Positions 37,463 to 46,117 of a stretch of DNA of 64,000 nucleotides are shown here, piece after piece; position 1 is the first letter of the stretch, and every line of letters begins with the position of its first letter. Position numbers and translations under genes: made by a program. The notes beneath the pieces are model-generated. The model did no database searches and was not told the DNA's origin. It saw only the letters and a program-made list of their open reading frames with translations. The stretch is from Syntrophales bacterium. Lineage in GTDB: Bacteria > Desulfobacterota > Syntrophia > Syntrophales > UBA8958. The stretch lies in contig DAORXN010000003.1 of the NCBI GenBank assembly GCA_035358955.1, forward strand, positions 104,884 through 168,883. The letters run 5' to 3'.

Positions 37463-38209
37463 ATGAAGGACATTCTCAGGGTAAGAAACCTAAACAAGAA
37501 TTTCGGCGGCATCGTGGCCGTGCGCGATTTATCTTTCGAGATAAGAGAAGGCGAAACGTTGGGATTCATCGGACCCAACGGAGCGGGAAAATCGACGGTA
37601 GTAAACATACTTTCCGGTCTCATACCGGCCGATAGTGGTGAAGTGGAATTAGACGGGGTGAACATAACCCACATGAAACCGTATCAAAGGGCCCGTCTGG
37701 GATTGGCGAGAACCTACCAGATTCCGCGGCCTTTTCCTGAGCTCACCGCCCTGGCGAGCGTGACGGTAAGTGCCCTCTGTGGGAAGAAACGTAAGAATCA
37801 GAGTTTTGAAGATGCGGCGGTCGAGGCAACCCACTATCTCGAATTCGTAGGCTTGTTCAGCAAGCGAAACATCCTGGCGAGAGACCTCACCTTCTATGAA
37901 CTACGCATGTTGGAGCTGGCCCGTGCCCTCGCCACTACTCCCAAGATTCTATTCATTGACGAAGTTATGGCGGGTCTCAATCCCGGTGAGGCAAACCGGG
38001 CGGTGAAGATGATAGCCAAGGCCAAGGAACAGTTCGGATTGACGATTTTCTGGATTGAGCACGTCATGGCCGTCCTCGTTGAAGCGGCGGATAGAATCGT
38101 GGCCATTAACTACGGGGCCAAACTGGCGGAGGGTACGCCGGACGAGGTGGTGAATAACGATGCGGTAATTGAAGCCTATCTCGGTAGGGGGTGGAAAGAG
38201 TATGCTTGA
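37463..38209 (+). CDS. livG: ABC transporter ATP-binding protein (LivG family)
   Basis: Walker A GPNGAGKST, a signature region and Walker B ILFIDEVMAG. The start is at the internal Met of MKDILRVRNLNKNFGG. Confidence 0.9.
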   Translation: MKDILRVRNLNKNFGGIVAVRDLSFEIREGETLGFIGPNGAGKSTVVNILSGLIPADSGEVELDGVNITHMKPYQRARLGLARTYQIPRPFPELTALASVTVSALCGKKRKNQSFEDAAVEATHYLEFVGLFSKRNILARDLTFYELRMLELARALATTPKILFIDEVMAGLNPGEANRAVKMIAKAKEQFGLTIFWIEHVMAVLVEAADRIVAINYGAKLAEGTPDEVVNNDAVIEAYLGRGWKEYA

Positions 38210-38906
38210 GGTAAATAATATCAACGTCGCTTACGGTGTGATACCTGTTCTGCATAATGTTAGTTTCAACGTGCGGGAAGGTGAGATCGTTACCATTTTG
38301 GGTTCGAACGGAGCGGGGAAGACGACTATTCTCAATACCATTCAGGGCTTTCTGAAGAGTTCGTCGGGAAGCGTGATTTTCCGCGAGCAAAACATCCTGG
38401 GACTTCCGCCTCACAAGATAGTGGAGATGGGGATTGTCCAGGTACCGGAAGGGGCAAAGACTTTTCCCTACATGACGGTGAAGGAAAATCTCCTCTTGGG
38501 GGCTTATCGTGGCAATTCCTGGAAGGTGAGGAAGGAGAGAATGGAATTCGTTTACCGTCTGTACCCCAGGTTGAAGGAGCGGTCGAATCAGGCCGCCCGG
38601 CTGCTTTCGGGAGGAGAGCAGCAAATGCTGAAGATTGCCCGGGGGCTCATGTCAAATCCTCAACTTATGATGGTGGATGAACCTTCCATCGGGCTGGCCC
38701 CCATTATTGTGGATGCCGTCTATGAAACGCTGACCAAGCTGAGGGAGACGGGGATTACGATCCTGCTTACAGAGCAAAATGCCCTGCGCGCCCTTAGGCT
38801 CGCCGATCGTGGATACATCCTTCAGGACGGCCACATCGTGCTGGAGGATACGGCGAGTAATTTGATGAAGAACGATTTAGTGAAAAAGGCATATTTGGGG
38901 AGATAA
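38202..38906 (+). CDS. livF: ABC transporter ATP-binding protein (LivF family)
   Basis: Walker A GSNGAGKTT, signature LSGGEQQML and Walker B LMMVDEPS. The start is at the Met of MLEVNNINVAYG. Confidence 0.9.
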   Translation: MLEVNNINVAYGVIPVLHNVSFNVREGEIVTILGSNGAGKTTILNTIQGFLKSSSGSVIFREQNILGLPPHKIVEMGIVQVPEGAKTFPYMTVKENLLLGAYRGNSWKVRKERMEFVYRLYPRLKERSNQAARLLSGGEQQMLKIARGLMSNPQLMMVDEPSIGLAPIIVDAVYETLTKLRETGITILLTEQNALRALRLADRGYILQDGHIVLEDTASNLMKNDLVKKAYLGR

Positions 38907-40267
38907 TGGATATGGAAGACTACTTCGATTACACAGCCAAACTTTTTGATCAGTCCGCAATCATGGGAAAGCCCGAGGCCCTCCAAGGCATTCGCGTCCT
39001 GGACTTTTCCCACGTCATTTTCGGTCCCACGGCGGCCAGAATCCTCGGCGATTACGGGGCCGAAGTTATCAAATTGGAATTGCCTTATTACGGAGATTTG
39101 TGGCGTCCCGCTACCTATTGGGGAAAGTACTGGAAGCACTCCAATCCCATCTGGCACAGTGTGACCAAGAATAAGTACTTTATAACGGTAAATTTGAGGC
39201 TTCAGCAATCGAAAGACCTCATCTACCGGATGGCAGAAAAGGCCGATGTGGTCATCGAAAATTTCGCCCCCGGTACGGCAGAAGCCTGGGGTCTGGGGTA
39301 CAGCCAGATGAGCAAGATCAATCCCAAGATCATCTTTTTGAGCTGTTCCACCTACGGACAGTACGGACCCATGAGGTATTTCCCCGGCTGGGACCTGCTG
39401 GCCCAGGCGGCAAGCGGGGTCCTCAGCTTGAACGGCTATCCGGGCACGGACAAGTTCTTCAAGTTGCCCGATTATTTGGGGGACTTCGTGCCGGGTAACT
39501 TCGGTGCCCTCGCCGTCATCATGGCCATTTACTACCGGAACAAGACGGGTCAAGGTCAGTACATCGATATTGCCCAGACGGAAGCCATGATGAGAATGCT
39601 CTATCACTTCACTTTCTATTCCTTAACGGGCCGAGAATTAGGGCGGGTAGGCAATACGGATCCGACGATGATCGCCGCCGCCATCTACAAAACGAAAGAT
39701 GAAAGGTTTGTTGCCCTCGCCTGTGGGACGACGACCCAATTCCACGGCCTTCTGAAGGCCATGGGAAGGGAAGACCTGGCCCGGGAAGAAAGGTTCTTGG
39801 ATTACAGGGAAAGCCTGAAGCCGGAAAACAACGAGTTTCTGAGAAAGATAGTGACGGAGTGGGTAAAGGCAAAAACGGCGGAGGAAGTAGTTCAGGCGGG
39901 AAGAGATTACGCATTTCCCGTCGCCCAGGTGATGGATGATTACGAGATTTGTCACGATAGCTGGCGGCGAGAAAGGGGCAGCGTCATTCTATTCAGGGAT
40001 GACATGTACGGGGAAATCGCCCTTTCCGGGCCCTCAGCGCAGTTAAGCGGTACTCCCTCTCGCATAAAATGGATTGCCCGCCCCCTCGGGTATCATAATC
40101 GCTACGTCCTGAAGAAATTCTTGGGCCTGACGGAAGAGGAGATAGTGGACTTAGAGAAGAAGAAGGTAATCGGCACCTTCGACGATCGTCCGGGATTGAA
40201 GCCGCCCGTTTATTACAATCTGGATAACGACCCGATTTACAATTACGGAAGAGAGGTTGGAAAATGA
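38906..40267 (+). CDS. Family III CoA-transferase (CaiB/BaiF/Frc-type), catalytic Asp present
   Basis: 453-aa ORF with the N-terminal motif LQGIRVLDFSHVIFGPTAARILGDYGAEVIKLE. Asp193 sits in the LGDFVPG context (codon 39482-39484), 18 residues before the conserved RNKTGQGQYIDI segment. Confidence 0.85.
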   Translation: MDMEDYFDYTAKLFDQSAIMGKPEALQGIRVLDFSHVIFGPTAARILGDYGAEVIKLELPYYGDLWRPATYWGKYWKHSNPIWHSVTKNKYFITVNLRLQQSKDLIYRMAEKADVVIENFAPGTAEAWGLGYSQMSKINPKIIFLSCSTYGQYGPMRYFPGWDLLAQAASGVLSLNGYPGTDKFFKLPDYLGDFVPGNFGALAVIMAIYYRNKTGQGQYIDIAQTEAMMRMLYHFTFYSLTGRELGRVGNTDPTMIAAAIYKTKDERFVALACGTTTQFHGLLKAMGREDLAREERFLDYRESLKPENNEFLRKIVTEWVKAKTAEEVVQAGRDYAFPVAQVMDDYEICHDSWRRERGSVILFRDDMYGEIALSGPSAQLSGTPSRIKWIARPLGYHNRYVLKKFLGLTEEEIVDLEKKKVIGTFDDRPGLKPPVYYNLDNDPIYNYGREVGK

Positions 40268-41595
40268 CGACGGAAACGAAAGAAGCCATTTATACGAGAT
40301 ATGGACGACCTTCCGATCTCGCTCGGGCGCTCGCCCAGATTATGGACCCGGAGGGAAAGCCCGAGGTGCTGGAAGATATATTGGTTCTTGACGCAAGCTA
40401 TGCCAATTTTGCCGGTATAATTGCGGCAAGCATCTTCGCTGAATTTGGTGCCGAAGTGGTAAAAATAGAGCCTCCCCAGGGCGATCCGGCCCGTCACATG
40501 ACCCCTGAAGGGGAAGAGGTAGGCCAAGTGGGGATCCCGTTCATCGTCGAGGGCAGGAACAAACGCTACATGACCTTGGATCTCATCAATTCGGCGGAGG
40601 ATAGAGAAACGTTTCGGCGTTTGGCAAAGAAGGCGGGTATAGTCATCGAGACCTTTCCCGCAGGCCAGATGGATAGCTGGGGTATCGGCTACCGGCAGCT
40701 CGGCAAGGAAAATCCCGGTCTCATCTACATCGCCATCACCCCGTATGGACAGTATACCAAAAAGGCACGTGAATTTGCCGAATTGCCGGACAGTGACATT
40801 ACCTCCCAGGCGGGATCCGGCCTACCGGCCAATATGGGAGATATCCCGGAAGCAGGGGAGCCGTACAACTGGCCGCTCAAGGCCGGTCTATGGGCGGCAT
40901 GGTACATCTCGGGTTTGAGTGCGGCTCTGGGTGGGGCGATAGCCATCGTGCATCGGCAGAATACGGGCGCCGGGCAGATGATAGATATTGCCTCCATGGA
41001 TGCCTATGCCAATATGGTTACCATTCCCCCCACGATTGGCTATACGTGGGAAAAGCCGCGGCCCAGAATCGGGGTGCTCGATTTTACCCTTTACCCTTAT
41101 GGTCACTGGCAGTGCAAGGATGGGATGGTAGCCATCGCTGCCCCCAGGGACCACGATTTCCGTGCCTTACTGAAGATTCTCGGCTTGTGGGAAATCGAGG
41201 ACGATTGGCGCCATTCTTCAGACCGTATTCCTGATATCCTCGAGCAGGCCACCCATCTTCATAAGATAATTCAGGAAAAGACGATTAAATTCAACGCCGA
41301 CGATCTCGTAGCCAAGGCTCTCAATTACAGCAAGAAAGCCGCTCGTTCCAAGTGGCGCGGTGGAGGGGTCCCCATCGTGATGAGGGTTATGACCCCCGTG
41401 ACGGCCCTCGCCAACAAGCAGTGGCACATAAGGAAGGCTTTCCAGGAGGTGGAGGACGCAGATTTGGGAAAGAAGTTCATCCTCAATGCGAGTTTCGTAA
41501 AGATGTCCGCCTCTCCCCCGCGGGTAAAGTGGGTGGCAACGAAGATCGGTCGCGATAATGAGTACGTAAGGCAGAAATACCTGGCGGACAAGTGA
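40264..41595 (+). CDS. Family III CoA-transferase paralog, catalytic Asp position occupied by Trp
   Basis: 443-aa ORF with the N-terminal motif ILVLDASYANFAGIIAASIFAEFGAEVVKIEPP and the conserved RQNTGAGQMIDI segment. The residue 18 positions upstream is Trp213 (codon 40900-40902). The start overlaps the stop of the previous gene (ATGA). Confidence 0.8.
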   Translation: MTTETKEAIYTRYGRPSDLARALAQIMDPEGKPEVLEDILVLDASYANFAGIIAASIFAEFGAEVVKIEPPQGDPARHMTPEGEEVGQVGIPFIVEGRNKRYMTLDLINSAEDRETFRRLAKKAGIVIETFPAGQMDSWGIGYRQLGKENPGLIYIAITPYGQYTKKAREFAELPDSDITSQAGSGLPANMGDIPEAGEPYNWPLKAGLWAAWYISGLSAALGGAIAIVHRQNTGAGQMIDIASMDAYANMVTIPPTIGYTWEKPRPRIGVLDFTLYPYGHWQCKDGMVAIAAPRDHDFRALLKILGLWEIEDDWRHSSDRIPDILEQATHLHKIIQEKTIKFNADDLVAKALNYSKKAARSKWRGGGVPIVMRVMTPVTALANKQWHIRKAFQEVEDADLGKKFILNASFVKMSASPPRVKWVATKIGRDNEYVRQKYLADK

Positions 41596-41658
41596 GCCCG
41601 CCGGTGATGGGTGATATAGGAGGTAAATAAACATTATTTTCGGAAGGAGGGGTAATTT

Positions 41659-43020
41659 ATGAGTCAGAAAAAAATGTGGCGGTTTTTAGGTTTTTTCTTA
41701 TTGGTCTTGGGGCTTATCCTCTATGCGGGTAGCCCTTCCATGGCGGCACCCCCCAAGGGAGAGCCCATTGTTATTGGGTATGTGGGGATGGTGGCTTCGC
41801 CGGGGACGAGGCCATGTATGGACATCCAGAAGATGGCGGTAGAAGAGATTAACGCCAAGGGCGGCATCTTGGGAAGACCCGTCGTTTACAAGGTGCAGGA
41901 TGGAAAGGGCGATACATCTCTTTCCGTCGAGGCCTTAAGAAAACTCGTCATCGAAGACAAGGCCATCATGGTTTCCGTGGAGGGTCGAACGGAAATATGT
42001 CTCGCGGTCCAGGAAGCCTCGGCGATGCTCTTCAAGGAGTATCCCCATATTCTCGTGTTCAACGGTCCCATGGGTTCCGAGCTTACGGCCAGGATACTCG
42101 ATGAACCGGGAAAGTACGACCATTGCTTCCGTGACTGGGATCCGGAGCCGGCCCACTACGCCCAGATGAAGTATTTCTTCTCTTACGCATATCCCAAGAT
42201 TTTTGGCGTGAAGAGATTGGCCATCCTATGGGAGGATTTGGATTGGACGACGGAGTGGCGAAAGGGTATTGCGTACATCAACCTGCCCACCTGGGAAAAG
42301 CTGGCCCAGGATTGCGGCATCCAGGTAGTTTACAGTAAAGCCGTAAAGCCCCGTGGTACCATGTACTTCCCCATCCTCCAGCAGATAGCAGCGGCCAAAG
42401 CTGATCTCATCCTCTATATTAGCTCCTGGTTTACCGATACGGAATCCTTTGCCAAGCAGTGGTCGGATTCGGCTGCAAGAGATCTGGCCGTCTTTCTTTA
42501 CGGGGGTGTGGCCCAAACTCATGCCTTCTGGCAGATGACGGGTGGTAAAGCCCTGGGGATTTTGAGCTCTTATACGGACCTCATCGATACGCCTGTTACG
42601 CCCCTCACCGTGCCTCTCGTGAAGAAGGCCCATGAGAGAAACATCCCCATGCAGATCCACGTTCATCTCGCTTACGCGGATATATACCACTTCAAAAATG
42701 CGGTGGAGAAGGCCGGGGGCACCGATAATTTAAAGAAGTTAATAAAAGCCATGGAGGACGTCGTTACCCCCTATTCACTGGGTAAGTTGAAATACCAGAC
42801 CCAGCGGGTGAAGCCGTTCTTCCATTCTATGACGAGGGTTTATCCGACCGACCCGTACAAGACCTATCCCGGTTACTATTACCAGCTGGTCGGTCAGTTC
42901 CAGCAAGACGGCAAGTTCGTGTTTCTCCACGAGTCCTGCCCAGAAAACGAACCCGCTATGAGGAAGTTCCTCCATCCGGAAAAGTACAAGAAACCGGCCG
43001 AATTGAGGGCGGGCAAATAA
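41659..43020 (+). CDS. Periplasmic substrate-binding protein, Leu/Ile/Val-binding (type I PBP) family, paralog 1
   Basis: 453-aa ORF with a Sec signal peptide ending SMA-AP and a GGAAGGAGGGG RBS. Confidence 0.85.
   Translation: MSQKKMWRFLGFFLLVLGLILYAGSPSMAAPPKGEPIVIGYVGMVASPGTRPCMDIQKMAVEEINAKGGILGRPVVYKVQDGKGDTSLSVEALRKLVIEDKAIMVSVEGRTEICLAVQEASAMLFKEYPHILVFNGPMGSELTARILDEPGKYDHCFRDWDPEPAHYAQMKYFFSYAYPKIFGVKRLAILWEDLDWTTEWRKGIAYINLPTWEKLAQDCGIQVVYSKAVKPRGTMYFPILQQIAAAKADLILYISSWFTDTESFAKQWSDSAARDLAVFLYGGVAQTHAFWQMTGGKALGILSSYTDLIDTPVTPLTVPLVKKAHERNIPMQIHVHLAYADIYHFKNAVEKAGGTDNLKKLIKAMEDVVTPYSLGKLKYQTQRVKPFFHSMTRVYPTDPYKTYPGYYYQLVGQFQQDGKFVFLHESCPENEPAMRKFLHPEKYKKPAELRAGK
42445..42804 (+). 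repeat. 360-bp tract identical to 43883-44242 (copy A, inside paralog 1)
   Basis: Base-by-base comparison at a constant offset of 1438 found no mismatch. Mismatches flank the tract at 42444 and 42805. Confidence 0.95.
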
Positions 43021-43041
43021 CGATGTTTCTGTTTTTTGCGG

Positions 43042-43071
43042 AAGGGGTGGTTCTTCGGACCACCCCTTTTT
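43042..43071 (+). terminator. Intrinsic terminator between binding-protein paralogs 1 and 2
   Basis: A perfect 10-bp stem AAGGGGTGGT/ACCACCCCTT with a 7-nt loop and a TTTTT tail. Confidence 0.7.
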
Positions 43072-43096
43072 GTCGCTGATAGAGGAGATGGAAAAT

Positions 43097-44458
43097 ATGC
43101 AGAAATACAGATTTTCTCGGTACATTGGCCTGGTGGTATTGTTGATAGTTTTTTTTCTTGGTTTGAATAACAATGCGTCGGCCGCGCCTGCCGCCAAGGA
43201 GCCCATCGTCATAGGTTATGTGGGCATGGTTGCCTCGCCGGGGACGAGGCCATGTATGGACATCCAGAAGATGGCGGTGGACGAGATCAACGCCAAGGGC
43301 GGCATCTTGGGACGGCCCGTCGTTTATAAGATTCAGGATGGAAAGGGCGATACGGCCCTCTCGGTAGAAGCCTTGCGGAAGTTGCTCATCGAGGACAAAG
43401 CCAAGATCGTTTTCGTGGAAGGTAGGACGGAAATAGGCCTGGCGGTGGAAGAAGCCTCGGCCATGATGGTTAAGGAATACCCGCACATTCTGGTGATTAA
43501 CGGCGCCACGGGGGCGGAGCTCACGGCCCGAATTATAGACGAAGCACCGAAGTACGACCACTGTTTTCGCGATTTCGACCCCGAACCGGCCCACTATGCC
43601 TGGACAAAGTACTATTTCTCCTACTCCTTTCCCAAGGTGGTGGGGGCAAGGAAAATAGCCCTCCTTTGGGAGGATCTAGCCTGGACAAATGAGTTTAGGC
43701 GAGGGATTTCCTATATTAATCTCCCTACGTGGGAAAAGCTGGCCCAGGAGTGTGGCATCCAGGTAGTCTACAGTAAACCTGTGAAACCTCGCGGCACCAT
43801 GTACTTCCCCATCCTCCAGCAGATAGCGGCCGCCAAGGCAGAGCTTATCTTTTACGTGAGCTCCTGGTTCACCGATACGGAGTCCTTTGCCAAGCAGTGG
43901 TCGGATTCGGCTGCAAGAGATCTGGCCGTCTTTCTTTACGGGGGTGTGGCCCAAACTCATGCCTTCTGGCAGATGACGGGTGGTAAAGCCCTGGGGATTT
44001 TGAGCTCTTATACGGACCTCATCGATACGCCTGTTACGCCCCTCACCGTGCCTCTCGTGAAGAAGGCCCATGAGAGAAACATCCCCATGCAGATCCACGT
44101 TCATCTCGCTTACGCGGATATATACCACTTCAAAAATGCGGTGGAGAAGGCCGGGGGCACCGATAATTTAAAGAAGTTAATAAAAGCCATGGAGGACGTC
44201 GTTACCCCCTATTCACTGGGTAAGTTGAAATACCAGACCCAGAAGGTGAAGCCTTTTTATCATTCCCGGGTAAAGGTAAATCCTCTGGAACCTTATAAGA
44301 CCTATCCCGGCTATTACTATCTATTGGTAGGACAGTATCAACAAAACGGGAAAATGGTTTTTCTGCACGAAACCTGCCCGGAAAACGAGCCGGCTATGAG
44401 GAAGTTCCTCCATCCAGAACTGTACAGAAAACCGGCCGACCTGAGAAAAGCCCAGTAA
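43097..44458 (+). CDS. Periplasmic substrate-binding protein, paralog 2
   Basis: About 454 aa from the ATG at 43097, which lies 9-10 nt after GAGGAG. The ATG at 43088 is an alternative start. The signal peptide ends ASA-AP. Confidence 0.85.
   Translation: MQKYRFSRYIGLVVLLIVFFLGLNNNASAAPAAKEPIVIGYVGMVASPGTRPCMDIQKMAVDEINAKGGILGRPVVYKIQDGKGDTALSVEALRKLLIEDKAKIVFVEGRTEIGLAVEEASAMMVKEYPHILVINGATGAELTARIIDEAPKYDHCFRDFDPEPAHYAWTKYYFSYSFPKVVGARKIALLWEDLAWTNEFRRGISYINLPTWEKLAQECGIQVVYSKPVKPRGTMYFPILQQIAAAKAELIFYVSSWFTDTESFAKQWSDSAARDLAVFLYGGVAQTHAFWQMTGGKALGILSSYTDLIDTPVTPLTVPLVKKAHERNIPMQIHVHLAYADIYHFKNAVEKAGGTDNLKKLIKAMEDVVTPYSLGKLKYQTQKVKPFYHSRVKVNPLEPYKTYPGYYYLLVGQYQQNGKMVFLHETCPENEPAMRKFLHPELYRKPADLRKAQ
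43883..44242 (+). repeat. 360-bp tract identical to 42445-42804 (copy B, inside paralog 2)
   Basis: Same comparison as copy A. Confidence 0.95.
44375..44458 (+). repeat. 84-bp 3'-terminal tract, 83/84 identical to 45916-45999 (paralog 2 vs paralog 3)
   Basis: The offset is 1541 and the single mismatch is 44440 c versus 45981 t. Identity ends exactly at the stop codons. Confidence 0.9.
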
Positions 44459-44549
44459 TCGCTGAACAATTTATTTGTAAATGGGTGTTGATTTTTCAAG
44501 TCACATCCCTTTACACGTTTATGCCCTTTCTTTGTGCCTTTTAATCTCC

Positions 44550-44578
44550 TTGACCGGGCCTGACGGAAAAAGTATAGG
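44550..44578 (+). promoter_or_regulatory. Possible internal promoter TTGACC-N17-TATAGG upstream of paralog 3
   Basis: TTGACC at 44550-44555, a 17-nt spacer, and TATAGG at 44573-44578, within the 179-bp gap before paralog 3. Confidence 0.3.
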
Positions 44579-44637
44579 AACCACTGCAGGGAATTTTGAG
44601 AGCATGGTTTTCATTTAGCTTGAAAGGAGGAGAACTT

Positions 44638-45999
44638 ATGAAGAACATTGGTCGCGGGAAGTTCATAGGGACGATTGTGTTGGCAGTGGGTTTGATCATT
44701 TGTTTTAGCGTGCCTTCCTTGGCGGCAAAAGCCAAGATGGAGTCAATCGTGATAGGCTATGTAGGAAACGTGGCCTCCCCTGGAACAAAGCCTTGCATGG
44801 ACATCCAGAAGATGGCGGTGGAAGAGATCAACGCCAAAGGCGGTATCTTGGGACGGCCCGTCGTTTATAAGATTCAGGATGGGAAAGGTGATTCTTCCCT
44901 TTCTGTTGAGGCTTTGCGAAAGTTGGTTATCGAGGACAAAGCCATCATGGTTTCCGTAGAGGGAAGGACGGAGATATGTCTTGCCGTTCAGGAGGCATCG
45001 GCCATGCTGGTGAAGGAGTATCCCCACATTCTCGTGTTCAATGGTCCCATGGGAGCCGAATTAACGGCAAGAATTTTGGACCAGGCACCTAAATATGACC
45101 ATTGCTTTCGCTCTTTCGATCCTGAACCGGGTCGTTATAGCCAGATGAAATATTTTTTCAGCAATATTTTCCCGAAAGTATACAAAGCCAAGAAACTTGC
45201 CATCCTTTGGGAAGATCTGGCGTGGACCACAGAATGGAGGAAGGGGATTTCCTATCTAAATCTGCCAACCTGGGAAAAATTGGCCCAAGATTGCGGTATC
45301 CAGGTGGTTTACAGCAAACTCGTGAAACCCCGTGGTACCATGTATTTTCCCGTTCTCCAGCAGGTAGCGGCCGCCAAGGCAGAGCTCATCTTTTACGTGA
45401 GCTCCTGGTTCACCGATACAGAGTCCTTTGCCAAGCAGTGGGCTGATTCAGCGGCCAAGGATATTCCACCTTTTCTCTATGGTGGAGTTTCTCAAACACA
45501 GGCATTTTGGCAGATGACGGGAGGAAAAGCATTAGGAATCCTTTCCGAATATACGGATTTTTTTGATCTACCTGTGACTCCTCAGACGATTCCGTTGGTG
45601 AAGAAAGCAAGGGAAAGAAATATTCCCATGCAGGAGCACGTCCATCTCGCTTACGCAGATATTTATCATTTCAAAGATGCAGTGGAAAAAGCAAAGGGTG
45701 TCGGCAATCTAAGTAAACTTATAAAGGCCATGGAAGAGGTAGCAACCCCCTATTCGCTCGGTAAGTTAAAATATGAAACACAAAAGATAAAACCCTTCTA
45801 TCGTTCCATGATGAGAGTACTTCCCACGGATCCGTACAAATCCTATCCTGGTTATTTCCATCAAATAAACGTCCAATTCCAGCAGAACGGGAAAGTGGTG
45901 TACTTGAATGAAGGATGCCCGGAAAACGAGCCGGCTATGAGGAAGTTCCTCCATCCAGAACTGTACAGAAAACCGGCCGATCTGAGAAAAGCCCAGTAA
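44638..45999 (+). CDS. Periplasmic substrate-binding protein, paralog 3
   Basis: 453 aa from the ATG at 44638, which follows an AAGGAGG RBS. The signal peptide ends SLA-AK. Confidence 0.85.
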   Translation: MKNIGRGKFIGTIVLAVGLIICFSVPSLAAKAKMESIVIGYVGNVASPGTKPCMDIQKMAVEEINAKGGILGRPVVYKIQDGKGDSSLSVEALRKLVIEDKAIMVSVEGRTEICLAVQEASAMLVKEYPHILVFNGPMGAELTARILDQAPKYDHCFRSFDPEPGRYSQMKYFFSNIFPKVYKAKKLAILWEDLAWTTEWRKGISYLNLPTWEKLAQDCGIQVVYSKLVKPRGTMYFPVLQQVAAAKAELIFYVSSWFTDTESFAKQWADSAAKDIPPFLYGGVSQTQAFWQMTGGKALGILSEYTDFFDLPVTPQTIPLVKKARERNIPMQEHVHLAYADIYHFKDAVEKAKGVGNLSKLIKAMEEVATPYSLGKLKYETQKIKPFYRSMMRVLPTDPYKSYPGYFHQINVQFQQNGKVVYLNEGCPENEPAMRKFLHPELYRKPADLRKAQ

Positions 46000-46013
46000 G
46001 TTTTCTCTCTATG

Positions 46014-46038
46014 GAGGGGCCTGGATTCAAGGCCCCTC
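46014..46038 (+). other. GC-rich hairpin after the last binding-protein gene (terminator-like, no U tract)
   Basis: GAGGGGCC / GGCCCCTC, an 8-bp stem with a 9-nt loop. Confidence 0.4.
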
Positions 46039-46117
46039 AAGCCTATCTATCGTATTGAAATCCCGTTCACTATGTGTTACGCAAGGCAAGCTAAAAAATC
46101 GCGAGGGGTATGCAAAG

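Noticed and set aside
42445-44242. The identical 360-bp tracts, considered as template and variable repeats of a diversity-generating retroelement or as a mobile-element insertion.
   Set aside because: There is no reverse transcriptase and there are no IS or transposase genes in the window. The two copies are identical rather than differing at adenines. The tracts are in frame within homologous positions of paralogous genes, so gene conversion or an assembly issue explains them better.
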